DNA from: Octopus bimaculoides | Lineage: Eukaryota | Reading direction: 5' to 3' | Length of the DNA: 64,000 bases | NCBI RefSeq assembly: GCF_001194135.2 | Contig: NC_068998.1 | Coordinates: 46,179,602 to 46,243,601 of the forward strand | Part shown: positions 1 to 14,630 of the stretch, piece after piece | Layout of the letters: each line of letters starts with the position of its first letter | Position numbering within the stretch: position 1 is the stretch's first letter | Program-made: the position numbers and the translations under genes | The notes under the pieces: generated by a model | Databases searched by the model: none | What the model was told of the DNA's origin: nothing | What the model saw: only the letters and a program-made list of their open reading frames with translations

Positions 1-204
1 TTGATAGACGGAAGCTGTACAGAAGACTTATGTATATGCGTGTGTGTGTGTGTGTGTGTGTGTGCATCTGTGCTTGCATTTCACTGACAACCGGTGTTGG
101 TTAAGTACATCCTGTAAACAGTTTGGCAAAAAGAAACCGCTAAAATAAGAACCAGACTGGGACTGATTTGATCAACAAAACTTTTTGAAGTGAGTTGCAG
201 CCTA

Positions 205-573
<369 letters not shown>

Positions 574-905
574 TCAGCATTCAGATTATTCTCACCAATT
601 TAATATTTATTTATTTCTTTTATTCTTTAACATGTTTCAGTCATTTGACTGCGGCCATGCTGGAGGCTATAGTAGAAGACACTTGCCCAAGGTGTCACAC
701 AGTGGAACTGAACTGGGATCCATGAAGGTGAGAAGCAAGCTTCTTACCACACAGCCACATGCATATTATCTGTAACTTAATACAATAAAGTGTTCCTTGA
801 TGATCCGTTGTGGGTGAGCATTTAGAACACCAATTGTAACACCCCAAACAACCATAATGGAGAAACACAGTGGAAACTATTACATAAAGCTGTGTTTATT
901 CTTTC

Positions 906-945
<40 letters not shown>

Positions 946-1516
946 ATAACATAATATGGTAAAAATTCGATATTAATTAATATCAATTTAATACCAGGAA
1001 ACTAGCACATTAAAAGAATCAGAAGGTTCAGGAAAAAATTTTTTTTGAGATCCTAAAAAGATTATAGTACATATATATATATATATATATATTATAACTG
1101 AAGGGCTCCAATTTCCAGTAGTCAGAGTTACTCATTTCTAATCATCAGCAGGAAAACCGAGCCTTGCTTCCCTTTAAAATATTTCCTGTCTAAATACCTT
1201 TTGAAATACGAAATGAAAGTTTGAGGAAAATACTTATCCTTATGTTTTGCTGCTTAAAAACCTTTGTGAACTACACATGCAAAAACAGCTGCTTCAAGCT
1301 CACACTTATGACTTCATTTCTGGTTTTGGATATTTTAAAACGAAACCAGGCTTGGTTTACCAGCTGGTGAGTGGCAACGAGTAAGTCTGAGAGCTGGGAA
1401 TCAGAACAGTGCAGTTATAATGTATTAAAGAATACTCTGCTTTCGTATCAAGTCCTGTAATTTATTGCTTCTGGTGAACCAACAGATGTATGTATATATA
1501 TATATGTGTGTGTGTG

Positions 1517-1647
1517 TGTGACAATTAGTTGGTTGTCATAATACAACTCAGAGTTTCGGATGCTGGGGCTGAAATGAGATGCCAGAGCAGACTTCAGCCC
1601 CGGCATCCGAAACTGAGTTTTATTATGACAACCAACTAATTGTCACA
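1517..1647. repeat. Fold-back repeat, arms 57 and 55 bp, 19-nt loop
   Basis: 1517-1573 pairs with 1593-1647, with one mismatch, one G-T pair and a 2-nt bulge. Confidence 0.95.
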
Positions 1648-2107
1648 TATTTATAGATAAATTCCTCTATTTTACATAATATCAAGGTCTCATTCATTCT
1701 TTTGTTGTCATATTATTATTATTATTGATAGATAGATAGATAAGAAGGGTTTCCAGCCATAGAAACCATGCTGAGGCAGACAGGAGAGATTGGCACAATC
1801 TTCTGGTTTGTCAGTCCCTGCCAAACTATCCAACCCATGCTAACACAGAAAACATAAATTAAATAACGATGACACACACACACACACACACACAATGATG
1901 ACTTGCAAATTCATTCTTAATATGGTCTAGTTGATTAAAATGGGAATATGCTAATTGCTGTTGTGTTCGTCACAGAACAACTTCAACATATGCAATTCAT
2001 AAGTACCGCACAGTAATTACATTTTCATGTTTGAATCTGCTGGAATGTCTTAATAAAAACACAAGTCATCATTTTGAATCTTGCCATTTACCATGCACAT
2101 GACAGTT

Positions 2108-2143
<36 letters not shown>

Positions 2144-2527
2144 ACACTGGATACACATAATTTGGTTTGTTTTGCATTTTCCTAGTCATAAAAATACTTA
2201 GGCATTGAGTTACTTTCTCTTCTTGTGTCTGCTGCTACCCTGGACCCACTACGAAATATTTAACACTATTTCCTTGTTTCAATTTTGTCCCTTCTTCACC
2301 AGATGAATCATGACAAACCTTCTTGCATTCCTGCCATGGACAACTGTTAACCCTTTCGATACCAGCCCACCCAAGACTGCCCCTACTTCTATGACAGAAA
2401 CTTTCTATATAAAGTGATTTAAATCAAAATTTCCCATGACAATTCCTCATTAATTTATGTACCAGTTACCAGCTTAGGAATGACCAAGGTATTTTACCAA
2501 ATGCTTTATTATTTTCAGAATTAATTG

Positions 2528-2559
<32 letters not shown>

Positions 2560-4085
2560 TGCGATATAGTACAACAGAAATATGGTAACAAAAGCACTGG
2601 TGCCAAGCTGTATCGGCCCCTTTTCCTTTCCCTTGGATAACACCAGTGGCATGAAGAGGAGAGGCTGGTATGCATGGGTGACTGCTGGTCTTCCATAAAC
2701 AACCATGCCCAGACTTGTGCCTTGACAGGGCACTTTCTAGATGCAATGCTAGTCATTCATGACCAAAAGGGAGTCTTTACTCTTTATATATATGATGCTG
2801 TTGATGAGATACATAGAGGTGTGTGTGTGTGTGTGTGTGTGTGCGCTTGTGTGTGCATGCACATGCATGTATCTTTGTTTGCCCCCCCTCACATTGCTTG
2901 ATGACCAGTGTTGGTTTGTTTCCATTCCTGTAACTTGATGGTCTAGCAAAAGACGCTGACAATAAATTACCAGACTACGAAAAAAATGTACTCGGGTCAA
3001 TTTCTTAGGCTAAACCCTTCAATTTGGTGCTCCAGCATGACAGCAGCCCAGGAACTGACACAAATAAAAGATAACTCAACACACCTATACAGAAGTGTGA
3101 GTAATATTTATGATGTATGGGGGGGGGGGGCTGCGTCCATAGGTAAAAGATAGAGAGATGCAAGCAGAACTAAACATAACAGTTTGCCCTGGGGTGGTAG
3201 AGGGTATGTTCTTCTCAAACTCGTTAGCCCTGGGGTGTGATGGCAGAGAAAGACTAAATGAAGGCCGAGTATTTATGATGAGAGTTTGAAATGGAAACCA
3301 GTTTGGCTGGATGGAATTAAAGGACCCAGAAGGGACCAGAATAAAACAGTGTGTGTGGGAGTGGGGAGGTGCCTATGCATGTGGGTTTGAGTTCATGCAC
3401 AATGTGGTATGCATGTGCATGCCTGTGTGCATACCAAAAATGGAATTGCAGAATATTTTTAAGTATGGAGCATTGTGAGAGAAATATTGAAATAATTCTA
3501 TATATTGATTGATTGGTTGATTGNNNNNNNNNNNNNNNNNNNNNNNNNNNNNNNNNNNNNNNNNNNNNNNNNNNNNNNNNNNNNNNNNNNNNNNNNNNNN
3601 NNNNNNNNNNNNNNNNNNNNNNNNNNNNNNNNNNNNNNNNNNNNNNNNNNNNNNNNNNNNNNNNNNNNNNNNNNNNNNNNNNNNNNNNNNNNNNNNNNNN
3701 NNNNNNNNNNNNNNNNNNNNNNNNNNNNNNNNNNNNNNNNNNNNNNNNNNNNNNNNNNNNNNNNNNNNNNNNNNNNNNNNNNNNNNNNNNNNNNNNNNNN
3801 NNNNNNNNNNNNNNNNNNNNNNNNNNNNNNNNNNNNNNNNNNNNNNNNNNNNNNNNNNNNNNNNNNNNNNNNNNNNNNNNNNNNNNNNNNNNNNNNNNNN
3901 NNNNNNNNNNNNNNNNNNNNNNNNNNNNNNNNNNNNNNNNNNNNNNNNNNNNNNNNNNNNNNNNNNNNNNNNNNNNNNNNNNNNNNNNNNNNNNNNNNNN
4001 NNNNNNNNNNNNNNNNNNNNNNNNNNNNNNNNNNNNNNNNNNNNNNNNNNNNNNNTGTATGTATGTATGTATGTATGTATGTATG

Positions 4086-4124
<39 letters not shown>

Positions 4125-5992
4125 GTGTGTGTGTGACTGTCTTCCCCACTACCACTACTTGACAATCATTATTGGTTTGTTTATGTCTGTGTAGCAGTTC
4201 AGCAAAATGAGACCGATAGAATAAGTATAAGTACCAAGCTTTAAAAAATAAGTCCTGGGTTCGATTCATTTGAATTAAACCTTTCAAAGTAGTGCCCCAG
4301 CATGGTCACAATCCAATAACTGAAACAACAGACTAAAAGATTACAAGGTTTATGAAACTGATGACATATCATTGTCTACTGTATTAGTGAAGGTGAAGGT
4401 GGGGGGCTTAGTTTTGTAATGTTTGTAGGATTAGGGTGACAGTTGTGATGATGAGGACTTGCTTTTAATGTTCTCTAAGCTCATCTCCTATTCATTTACA
4501 AAGCATGCACACGCAGGCAGACACAGAAATTGGAGCAAATGTACACAGTATGTTACAATAACATGTAAGAATGTATGTAAGTGCTGGCCTAAGGACACAC
4601 ACACACACACACACAAGGACACTAATATGAGTCAGATAGCAGAAGCTTAAATTAGATATATTACAGTAACAAGCTGTGAGGGGGGAATTAAAACGGAAGG
4701 TAGTAAACGGAAGGTAGTCTCTCTCTTTCTCCCCTCAGTTGTCTGGTCACCTGTTGTCAATTCTGACAACAAATCACATGACATTTGGTCACCCAACGCT
4801 CTTCTTGGAACTACAACTAGTGCTATTAGACTTTTGTGTGCCGATACTACTCTGCATTATCTCTTCAACATGTAGGTCAGACCAGCCTCAATACACCAAC
4901 ATGTATTAGTGGCCACTGTCGATATGTTCATGAGGGCTATCCTGCAATGATAGCATGGTAATGCCAGTCATTTTAGCAGTACCAAAACTCAGTCACTACA
5001 CCACCCCTTATTGCGATATAACAATCTTAGTGCACTGTGTATGTGTGGGTCTATATCAGCATTTTAACATGCATTTTTCCTTATTTGCAAATGGATTGGA
5101 CAGAGTTCATTGAGGCAAATTTTCTATGGCTGGATGCTCTTCCTGTGGCCAACCCTTACCTGTTTCCAGGACATGCTCTTGCAGAGTATTGAAAATGAAC
5201 AACACTGCTTGTATAACAGAACAACCATTTTACAACTACCTTATGATGTCAAGACAAAGAGGTGTGTGTGTGTGTGTATAAAATTTGTCTTACAATAGCA
5301 TTCTCTCGGGAAGGGTTAAGCCAGCTCCTATTGAGTTTACTGTGTCATGGGTCAAGGTGGTCCACACACATCTGTTGGCGGTTGATTCTGTAGCATGTTG
5401 AAGCCATTCCCGGTTCCAGCAACGAACACCTAAGACTTATTGGTCAGAAATGAGTTCCATATCTGCTTTGTCATAAGCCAAGTCTTCAGCTGATCACCCC
5501 TCTGCTTATTGCCAACCCAGGACTGGATCTGGTGCTATCACCTTCCAGATGAAATTGTGTAGAAGGCAATATATGCATTTACACAACGGGATTCTTTCAG
5601 TTTTTTATTCCTTTACTGCCCACAAGGGGCTACACACAGAGGGGACAAACAAGGACAGACAAACGGATTAAGTCGATTACATCTACCCAAGTGCATAACT
5701 GGTACTTATTTAATTGACCCCGAAAGGATGAAAGGCAAAGTCGACCTCGACGGAATTTGAACTCAGAGCATAGCGGCAGACGAAATACCGCTAAGCATTT
5801 CGCCCGACGTGCTAACGTTTCTGCCAGCTCACCGCCTTTTCAGTTCTGTCAACCAAATGTTTTCACAAGGCTTTGCACAGCCCAGGGCTACATATAGTAG
5901 AAGACACTTGCCCAAGGTTTCACACAATGGAACTGAACCCACAAGCATGTGAGTGGGAAGCAAATATCTTATCACACAGCCATGTTAGAATA

Positions 5993-6052
<60 letters not shown>

Positions 6053-6083
6053 NNNNNNNNNNGAGAGAGAGAGAGGGAGAGAT

Positions 6084-6117
<34 letters not shown>

Positions 6118-7344
6118 TCTGTATGTATGTACAAATATGCACACACACGGGGGACCCCCCCCCCTACAGACACACACTGGATGTACTTTACTATGGTACA
6201 TGGCCTAGTTAGTGCTGGTGATACAGTGAAGTGCACCTAATGTCAAGTAACTGCTAAATGGGTGGAGACCATATAGGGTTGACAAAAGTGATGGTACTAC
6301 CAAAATTTGCCCAGCACATGCTATAAAGTGGTTGATTATATAAAGAGCGTCCAACCATAGAAAACAAACTAAACACTGACGAGATACAAAGTGATCTCAC
6401 AAGTGCTGGTGCCATGAAAAAGACATCCTGTACTCTTTTTGAAGTGGTTAATATTAGGAAGACATCCATATCCAGCCATAACCAGCAGATCTATAATCGA
6501 ATGTGTTCCAACCATCACCACAGCATCTTTCAACTAGACACAGTATTTCAGTTTATATTAACTAATGTGCCCTCCTATTTTCAAGGTGAGAGAGTAATTT
6601 GGCTTCCATTTCTAGCACAGCTCATTGGTCGCATACAGTGAGGGAGTGGACAGTGTTCTGGTGTTGGAAGAGCCAGCATTTTAAAGTCTTTTAAAGACCA
6701 ACTCAAATCTGAGACACTGCAGCTTCCAAAGACATTATTATGTAGTGTAAGGAAATGGGTGCATGCCCATAGCCTCTGCAGAGCCTCCCCACTCAGACTA
6801 CTGTAACATCTTGCTTGAAGTAGAAAAGCTGATTTTGGAAGAAATACTGTGTTGTAAAACTGGGATAACTTAAAAATGAAACACAAGAAATGGATAAACA
6901 GCTTAAGTCTTATAAGATTCCAGGTCTTAGCAGTACTGGCAATAGTGTAGGTGGTGTAGAAGTAGTGGTGGTTGTGGTAGCAGTAGTAGTTGTATGAAAG
7001 GAAAATGAAGATTTTTATATATAAAAGTATATATAAAACATTTTCAGAGTAGTCCATGTCTTGCAATCTGACTTTACCAAAACAACCCATGTACCACCAA
7101 CATCACCACCACAACCAATACTACTACTACTACTACTACTACCACCACTAATGGGACATTCTAGAATATACAGTGTAGATATGTATGTGTTCATAACTTT
7201 GCAGTTTTCAAATACACAGATGCATGTGTGTTTGTTTATGTATACATTAATATCTACATTATATAGACACACACACACTAATATATACATATCTTGGGTT
7301 TACAAGCACATGCACACATACATGCATGTGTGCATACATGTATA

Positions 7345-7391
<47 letters not shown>

Positions 7392-7485
7392 GATGATGAG
7401 TAGAAACAGAGAGAAGTGATAAAATGTGGGTTATGGAGAAGTGTATAAGTACAGTTACACACGCAAATAATTGCGCCTATATATG

Positions 7486-7560
<75 letters not shown>

Positions 7561-8045
7561 ACATTCATGTTTGTCTGTCTATATGAATTATATATGTCTG
7601 TATGTGTGTGTGTGTGACACAAGAGCAAGACCCCAGACTTGGTAAAAAAATGATGAGAAAGAGAGATTATACTTATGTATGTATGTATGTATGTATGTAT
7701 ATATATATATATCATCATCATCATCATCATCGTTTAACGTCCGCTTTCCATGCAAGCATGGGTTGGACGATTTGACTGAGGAATATATATATATATGTAT
7801 ATATATATACACACACATAATGTGTGTTAAATAGATTAGTATGTGAGTGTATGTGTGTGTTATGTAACATAAAACCTCAGACCAGATCAATACAAACAAA
7901 CAAACAAACAATATGGGACTGGTTATTGATGAATGTTTGGTGTGTACATATATATGTCTAGTGTGTGTACAAGTACACATGCACACACACACACACACAC
8001 ACATGCATCAGTCTGTATATAGATATATCATGTCATGTATGCGTG

Positions 8046-8077
<32 letters not shown>

Positions 8078-9035
8078 ATGTAATATATACGTTTGTATAT
8101 GGAAAATATTATATTGAGGATCAAAGGAAAACCAGCTGAAAGCAGCAATGAAGAGGAAAAAAAATATTCAGCCAAATAAAGGGTAGTTTTGTGTGTGTGT
8201 GCATGCATTGGTGTGTGCGTAGGTGATGATGGTGATGTTTTATGGAAAGCGGCTTTGATTAAGATGTGCACACTACCTACTAAAAATAGCTTGAGTGTGT
8301 GTGTGTGTGTATTCATATATGCATATACACACATACTCAATAATAGGTGTATAGCGCTGTTAGATTAACAGTATGTGTGTAAATCGATAGAAATCCCATA
8401 AGTTTATATCAGTCTTATTCAATATAAAAAAAAAATTCATTAAATGTTGACTTCTTTGTAGGCCAAATATGAATGTGTGTGTGTGCATATTTATATATAT
8501 TTATATCTATGCATGTTGTTGCTGTGGCTTAATAGTGAAGGGCTCCTACAGTTTTCTCTCAGAGTTTTCAGAGACCCAGACAAGTGTTTCATCATTTAGA
8601 TGACTATACTCCACGGAACTGTCTCCTGAAATTTTAGCAGTCTGAGTAATAGTCACGGTAGTCTTTAACTGCTTGGTTACAAATATATACTCTACATCAT
8701 GTATTGAGTGCTTCCTTTGTGTTTGTACATGGGGAGAGGGAGCAGTTTTTATCAGTTTGAAATGTAATGAAAGTGACAGCAATACAGTACAAGAGTCAGA
8801 GCAACAACAACAACAACAACAACAACACACATCTTCTGACCATCTAACCATTGATGCTTATTGCTAAACAGCCATTGGTCAGTACATTTGACCGATGGAT
8901 TGCTTGCAGAAGTTGTTGGTTACAAACCTATTGTTTGTATTAATAACAAAAAACTTCAAGCTATTTATAACATTCTCCCAGGAGAGAGTGTGTGTGTGTG
9001 TGGGGGGATAAATCTAATTTATACACCCTATCAAG

Positions 9036-9085
9036 AGGGTATCACCTCCTGACTTAGCATCTGCTAAGTCAGGAGGAGATACCCT
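9036..9085. repeat. 50-nt near-perfect palindrome
   Basis: AGGGTATCACCTCCTGACTTAGC-ATCT-GCTAAGTCAGGAGGAGATACCCT: 23-bp arms with one mismatch. Confidence 0.95.
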
Positions 9086-9599
9086 GTTATTTTAGACAAC
9101 ATCTCCAAGACATGCCTTCTGCATGAAGAATACATAGTTAGGTGCAGACAGAAATTTAATGCAGTAAACAAATAAATTAAAAAAAAAATTAGAATAACTT
9201 ATAATGAAAAAAAAATTAGTGTTCATAATTCTTATCAAGAAATGCAAGGGAGATAATTTTGAATCCAAATTACAAATTACATGATGGCACACAAGGAGCA
9301 GTTAATCTGATAAGTGGTAAATAACATCACAACTGTAGGTATATTCCAGTCTTATTAGAACTCTTCAGTGCAGTATATTCTAACTCAGTTTTGATAATAG
9401 CTTCTGTCAGCCCCTGCTTAGTTACCCAGCAAAGTGTTAGAAGATTAGGGGTTTACAGTTGAGAGTGTCTCTCTATAACCGATAAATGCTTGTACAGAAT
9501 TTCATAGAAGAAGATTTGACATAAAACTCAATGTGGTGGGCGGTGTAAGAGATCAATAGTTCAATTCCGGTTATCTCCTTATTTTTAGATCTTAAAAGC

Positions 9600-9900
9600 G
9601 TTTGTTACAAATGAATATGTGTATATGTATACATATGTGCATACACGTGTATACATATGTGCATACACGTGTATACATACATATAAATACACACACACGT
9701 GTGTATGTAAAATGTGCAAGGGTGGGAGGAAAATATGTATGTATGTGTATACATACATATAAATACACACACGTGTATATGTAAAATGTGCAAGGGTGGG
9801 AGGAAAATGTAGAAAACATACATATGTATAAACAAACACACACGTATATATATATATATGTAAACTGTGCAGGGTGGGGAGGAAAAGGAAGACAGGAAAA
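9600..9900. repeat. Tandem repeat of about 72 bp x3 plus a 22-bp palindromic tandem
   Basis: acacacg..tatgtaaa.tgtgca.gggtgg.aggaaaa occurs three times (about 9693, 9766, 9838), and catatgtgcatacacgtgtata twice at 9633-9676. Confidence 0.85.
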
Positions 9901-9921
9901 AGAAGGGGAGGCATAGTTGTA

Positions 9922-9956
<35 letters not shown>

Positions 9957-10343
9957 AGCCATTGTATGTGAATAAATGTGTTTGTGTATTCACATACAGA
10001 AAAGAATCATTTTATCATGTTATATAGATTATCCAGACTAGCAACAACAGCTGTTGCTATCATCATCAATACTACTACAATCATTATTATCATTAGCATT
10101 ATTAATATTGCTGTTGTTTAGCCCCAGGTCAGGATTAATTAAGGGCATTCCAACCATGAGCATGCCAACATTGTCTCCCCTGCATAGAACCCAGAATTAT
10201 ATTATCTGATAGTACAGGTGTGGAATTTGAATGAAATTTGGCTGTGATTTCTAGCAGGATAAGTGACCAGAAAGAGGTTCCATTAGATCAGCTGTTGCCT
10301 TCGTTGTTGTACCTTATAGTTGTCTTTCAGACGGATAAAAAAT

Positions 10344-10414
<71 letters not shown>

Positions 10415-10863
10415 AGACAGAGTCTAGACATATAAATAAAGAATCTATCTGATAGACAAACTTTTAACGCTTCAATACCACTGACACACTGGTATGTTGT
10501 GTCACCTCACTTCCACTGCTACTACAATGGTCGCTGCTCTTCTACCTGCTTGGTTACAAATATATACTCTACATCATGCATTGAGTGCTTCCTTTGTGTT
10601 TATATGGAAGTGCCAAAGTGAGTAGCAAACAACCATCAACCTGGTCCTCCATTCTTGTTTAGTCACCTCTCCTGTGAGTGATCTTCAAAAACTGAACACT
10701 AAAATTGATACCCAATCTTTCCTAACCACATTTATATCCTTCTGAAATTCAAAACTGATATTAAAAAATTGATTTGAAATGTTCAGTTTGTCTCATTAAA
10801 GAGAAGCAGAAGGAAGGAAGGAAGGATAGATAGATAGATAGATAAACACAGACAAACATAGAC

Positions 10864-11825
10864 ACAAGCTGGGTGGGACTGAAAAGTTCCTGGCCTTAAG
10901 GGTATCGTTAACGGCTTGGTTGGAGGTCCAGCCTTCCGAGTTCTTTTACAGGGCTTAGAGAAACAGAAGGACCACTGCAATAACTGATCTTCGTGTATTT
11001 TCTTGTATTTTCTTCTCCTGCACAATATTTGTTAAGAAACATGACTTACAGAAATTCAAGATGAGATGAGCAGCAGTTGTTTTGGTCTCACCAGCCTGGG
11101 TGGCCTACAAAAGTTCACAGGAGGCAACCATCAACCCTTAACTAAATACCAGCATTTTATTCGCTATGAGGGCAACAGATGGCAGGAACATAATAAACAC
11201 GAATTAGGAAACAGTGGTGTTTTTACATCCAGTATGTTACTGTGTGTTTGTGTGCGAGTACAAATGCATAAAGGCATGTGGCTTAGTGGTTGGGGCAATC
11301 AGCTCATGATTGTAAAGTCGTGAGTTCGATTCCTGGTGGCACATTGTGTCCCTGAACAAGGCAATTTATTTCACATTGCTACTGTCCACTCAGCTGGCAA
11401 AAGTGAGTAATACCTGTACTTCAAAAGGTCAGCCTTGTCACATTCTGTGTCATGCTGAATCTTCCTGAGAACTACATTAAAGGTACATGTTTGTGGAGCA
11501 CTCAGCCACTTGCATGTCAATTTCGATTGGACCAACTGGAACACTTGTCATTGTAACCGACAGAGCACCGGTCATATATACATATATAACTACACACGTG
11601 GTGCAGGTGATTTCTTTTCCTTCTTCGGACTTTGCCCTTTCTCCTTTCCAACGAAGGCCTATGCTTCAAACGTCAAAAACTCTCCCTTTTTACTGAGGGT
11701 CAAACTAATACATTCCTTAAGCACATCCTCTTGTTGTCCATTATAATTAATTTCATTGTTCATTTATTTGAACTGGCTGTATTTTCTTTCACCTGAAACC
11801 AGAAACTGTTCAGCACCCCCTCGTA
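10864..11825. mobile_element. Mariner-like non-autonomous element ends enclosing later insertions
   Basis: The left end gggtgggactgaaaagttcctgg resembles the reverse complement of the right end ccagaaactgttcagcaccccctcgTA (TA at 11824-11825). A SINE-D copy is nested at 11271-11560. These could be two separate remnants. Confidence 0.5.
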
Positions 11826-13270
11826 GACATATAAAGACAGACAGGCAGACAGATATAGATAGACAGATAGATAGGCAGGTAGGGGGAAAAGGATAAATAA
11901 ATAAATACCGTGCGGGTGACATGTAAAAGCACCCACTACACTCTCAGAGTGGTTGGCGTTAGGAAGAGCATCCAGCTGTAGAAACTCTGCCAAATCAGAT
12001 TGGAGCCTGGTGTTGCCATCCAGTTTCACCAGTCCTCAGTCAAATCGTCCAATCCATGCTAGCATGGAAAGCGGACATTAAACGATGATGATGATGATGA
12101 GATAGAGAGAGATGCTAAAAGCATACATTTGTAATTATTTCACTAATTCAGCAAAAAGAAAGAAAAAAGGAAACAAAGACCCCACAAAGCAATGTGCTGC
12201 CCTCTTTCCTCCCCACCACCTCCACCTTTTTGTTATAGTTGTTGATGGGTAACCTCTGCTCGTGCACACACAGCTCTAAAACATTAAGCAGGGCATTATA
12301 CAAAGATCTCCACTACTAGCACCTGACACACAACATACCACCGTCACCAACACAACCACTACCACACGTTCAACAGTAACAACGACTACAATTAAAAGAC
12401 ACGATACCACCACCACCACCGCATACTGCACAAATGCAGGAATGTGAGAGAGACAGAGAAAGAAGGAAAGAATGAAACCAGAGCAATAACCACGTCTGTC
12501 GCAATACAACACCACTACCACCACACTAGCGTGTGTTTGTTAATTACAGGTGTAGTGACGTTAGGCTGCCAGTAGGTAGACATGGAACCAGACGAACAGC
12601 TTCGTTAATTTTATGGTATTCAATAAAACGCTACCAATGCCTCTACTCATAACCACTGCTACCCTTTGCATGCGTGTGTGTATGTGTGCATGTGTGTGTG
12701 TGTGTGTGTCCGTCCAATAATTATCTGTGCGCCACCTGGTGGTAAATGTCACATAAAGAGAGTGCACACATTAACATACCCAGAGTAGAAGATATTTTGC
12801 CAAAGACCAACTATTTCTATGAGGTATAGAAGACTACATCAATGTACGATGTCCTTTCTTTAAGCTGGTAGGCAGTAACTTAAAGGAGATTTGGTTGTTA
12901 GATCTAGCATGTCGAGAGACCACAATGTACAGCAAATGACACAAGACAAGATTTAATTCATAACCACAAGTTACAGCACAAGTGTTCTGGTTGTGATACT
13001 CATCAATTCTGTGTATTCTGTTAACATCATTTTGCATCTTCCAAAATATATTTTTGTCTCACAACCAATAATTGCAAATTCCCAGATTCCTTGCTGTTTG
13101 GATTGAGAGAGAAACAGAAAAATCCCATACAGACATGAAACAATAATTTGTGACCCTAGAATGTTTAGATGCCAAGTTGCCTCTTGGTTGGATTTGAACT
13201 CAAGATATAATGAAAACTAGGGCTGTGTCCATGACCTCTCCAAGATCAGAGAGTTTGATGCCATTAATGT

Positions 13271-13484
13271 TTAACCCTTTTGATACCAACCCAGCTAAAA
13301 CCAGCTCTGGCTCTGAGTACAAATGTCTTGTTTCCATAAGTTTTGAATTAAAATATTCCACCAAACCTTAGTCACAATTTATGTTCCTAACACCAGCTTA
13401 ATGATAACTAAGTTATTTTACTAAACTCTTTGTTATATTTAAAATTAATTGAAAGAAACAGAGATACAGTAACGAAAGGGTTAA
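13271..13484. mobile_element. TTAA-flanked MITE (piggyBac-type), intact
   Basis: TTAA|CCCTTTTGATAC ... GTAACGAAAGGG|TTAA: imperfect 12-bp TIRs with TTAA on both sides (13271-13274, 13481-13484). A partial related copy starts at 2347 (ttaaccctttcgatacc). Confidence 0.85.
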
Positions 13485-14344
13485 AGAGCTGCTGGTGAAC
13501 ATCATGATCATCATTTAACATCCGTCTTCAATGCTGGCATGGGTTGGACAACTTGACAGGAAATGGCAAGGGCAGAGGCCACACCAGATTCTATAGTCCA
13601 TTTTGACTTGGTTTCTCTAGCTGGATGCCCCTTCTAATGCCAACCACTTTACATAATGTACTGGGTGCTTTTTATGTGGCACCAGCACTGCAGAAAAGAC
13701 ATGAGCAGGGAAGAGATTCCAGAAGGAAGATATGCAGAGGAGAAAGGATTGGCTATACTGGTGGTGGGAGGTTGGACACAATACTGCAGACAAGAGATGA
13801 AGAGATGAGTGGGTGAGGTGTCCCTGAGTGGTTTTGGCAGGAGGAGACCAGGAAGCTGTCAGAAACTGATGCATAGTCATAACAAGACACAGAGATGTGG
13901 GTTTATAAAGTGCTGTCTGAGTCATACAACCAAGGTATAAAGTAGATGGTAAAACAATGTGGAATCTAGTGACTCGGTCTTGGTACATACCAAACAACAA
14001 CCTGAACTAACAAAACAACATCTGCAGCAACTGCTGCAGTGCTTAATACTAAAATGTACTAAAAATATATAAAATAAATATTTAAACTTTAAAACCTTAA
14101 GTTTGCCAAACATCAATAAAAGTTTACATCATCATCATCACCATGAACATCATGAAAATATTGGTGCCATTTGGAAATAGAAGTTATATTTATAGGTATA
14201 TTTGCTGACAAATTCACTAACATTTGGCAAACAATTAACACTAAGTTAACAATGCCATTAGCATCAAATGTGTTTAATTAAACAATTATCCTAAAACATG
14301 CAAAGTTAGACGATACCAGAAGCTGATTTCTCCTACAACTACTA

Positions 14345-14630
14345 GGCGCAGATGTAGGCATGTGGTTAAGAAGCTTACTGCTCAAAACATGTGGTCTTGG
14401 GTTCAGTCCCACTGCACAGCACCTTGGGCAAGTGTCTATTATAGTCCTGGGCCCACTAAAGCCTTGTGAAGGATTAGGTAGATTGATGAAAGGAAAATAT
14501 GTGTGTGTGTGTGTGTGTGTGTGCGCACTCGTTCTGACATCATGCAATCGTTGTAAATGAGCATCACTGTCATATAAGTGAGGTTGTTCATTTCCAGTCT
14601 TCCGTGAAGAAACATGTGTGCCTATAGGGA
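14345..14630 (+). mobile_element. SINE family A head with a variant 3' part
   Basis: ggcgcagatgtaggcatgtggttaagaagctt...gggttcagtcccactgcacagcaccttgggcaagtg. Confidence 0.8.

Noticed and set aside
8750-8867. Plus-strand poly-Gln peptide LKCNESDSNTVQESEQQQQQQQQ
   Set aside because: The poly-Q comes from a (CAA)n microsatellite, and there are no supporting exons.
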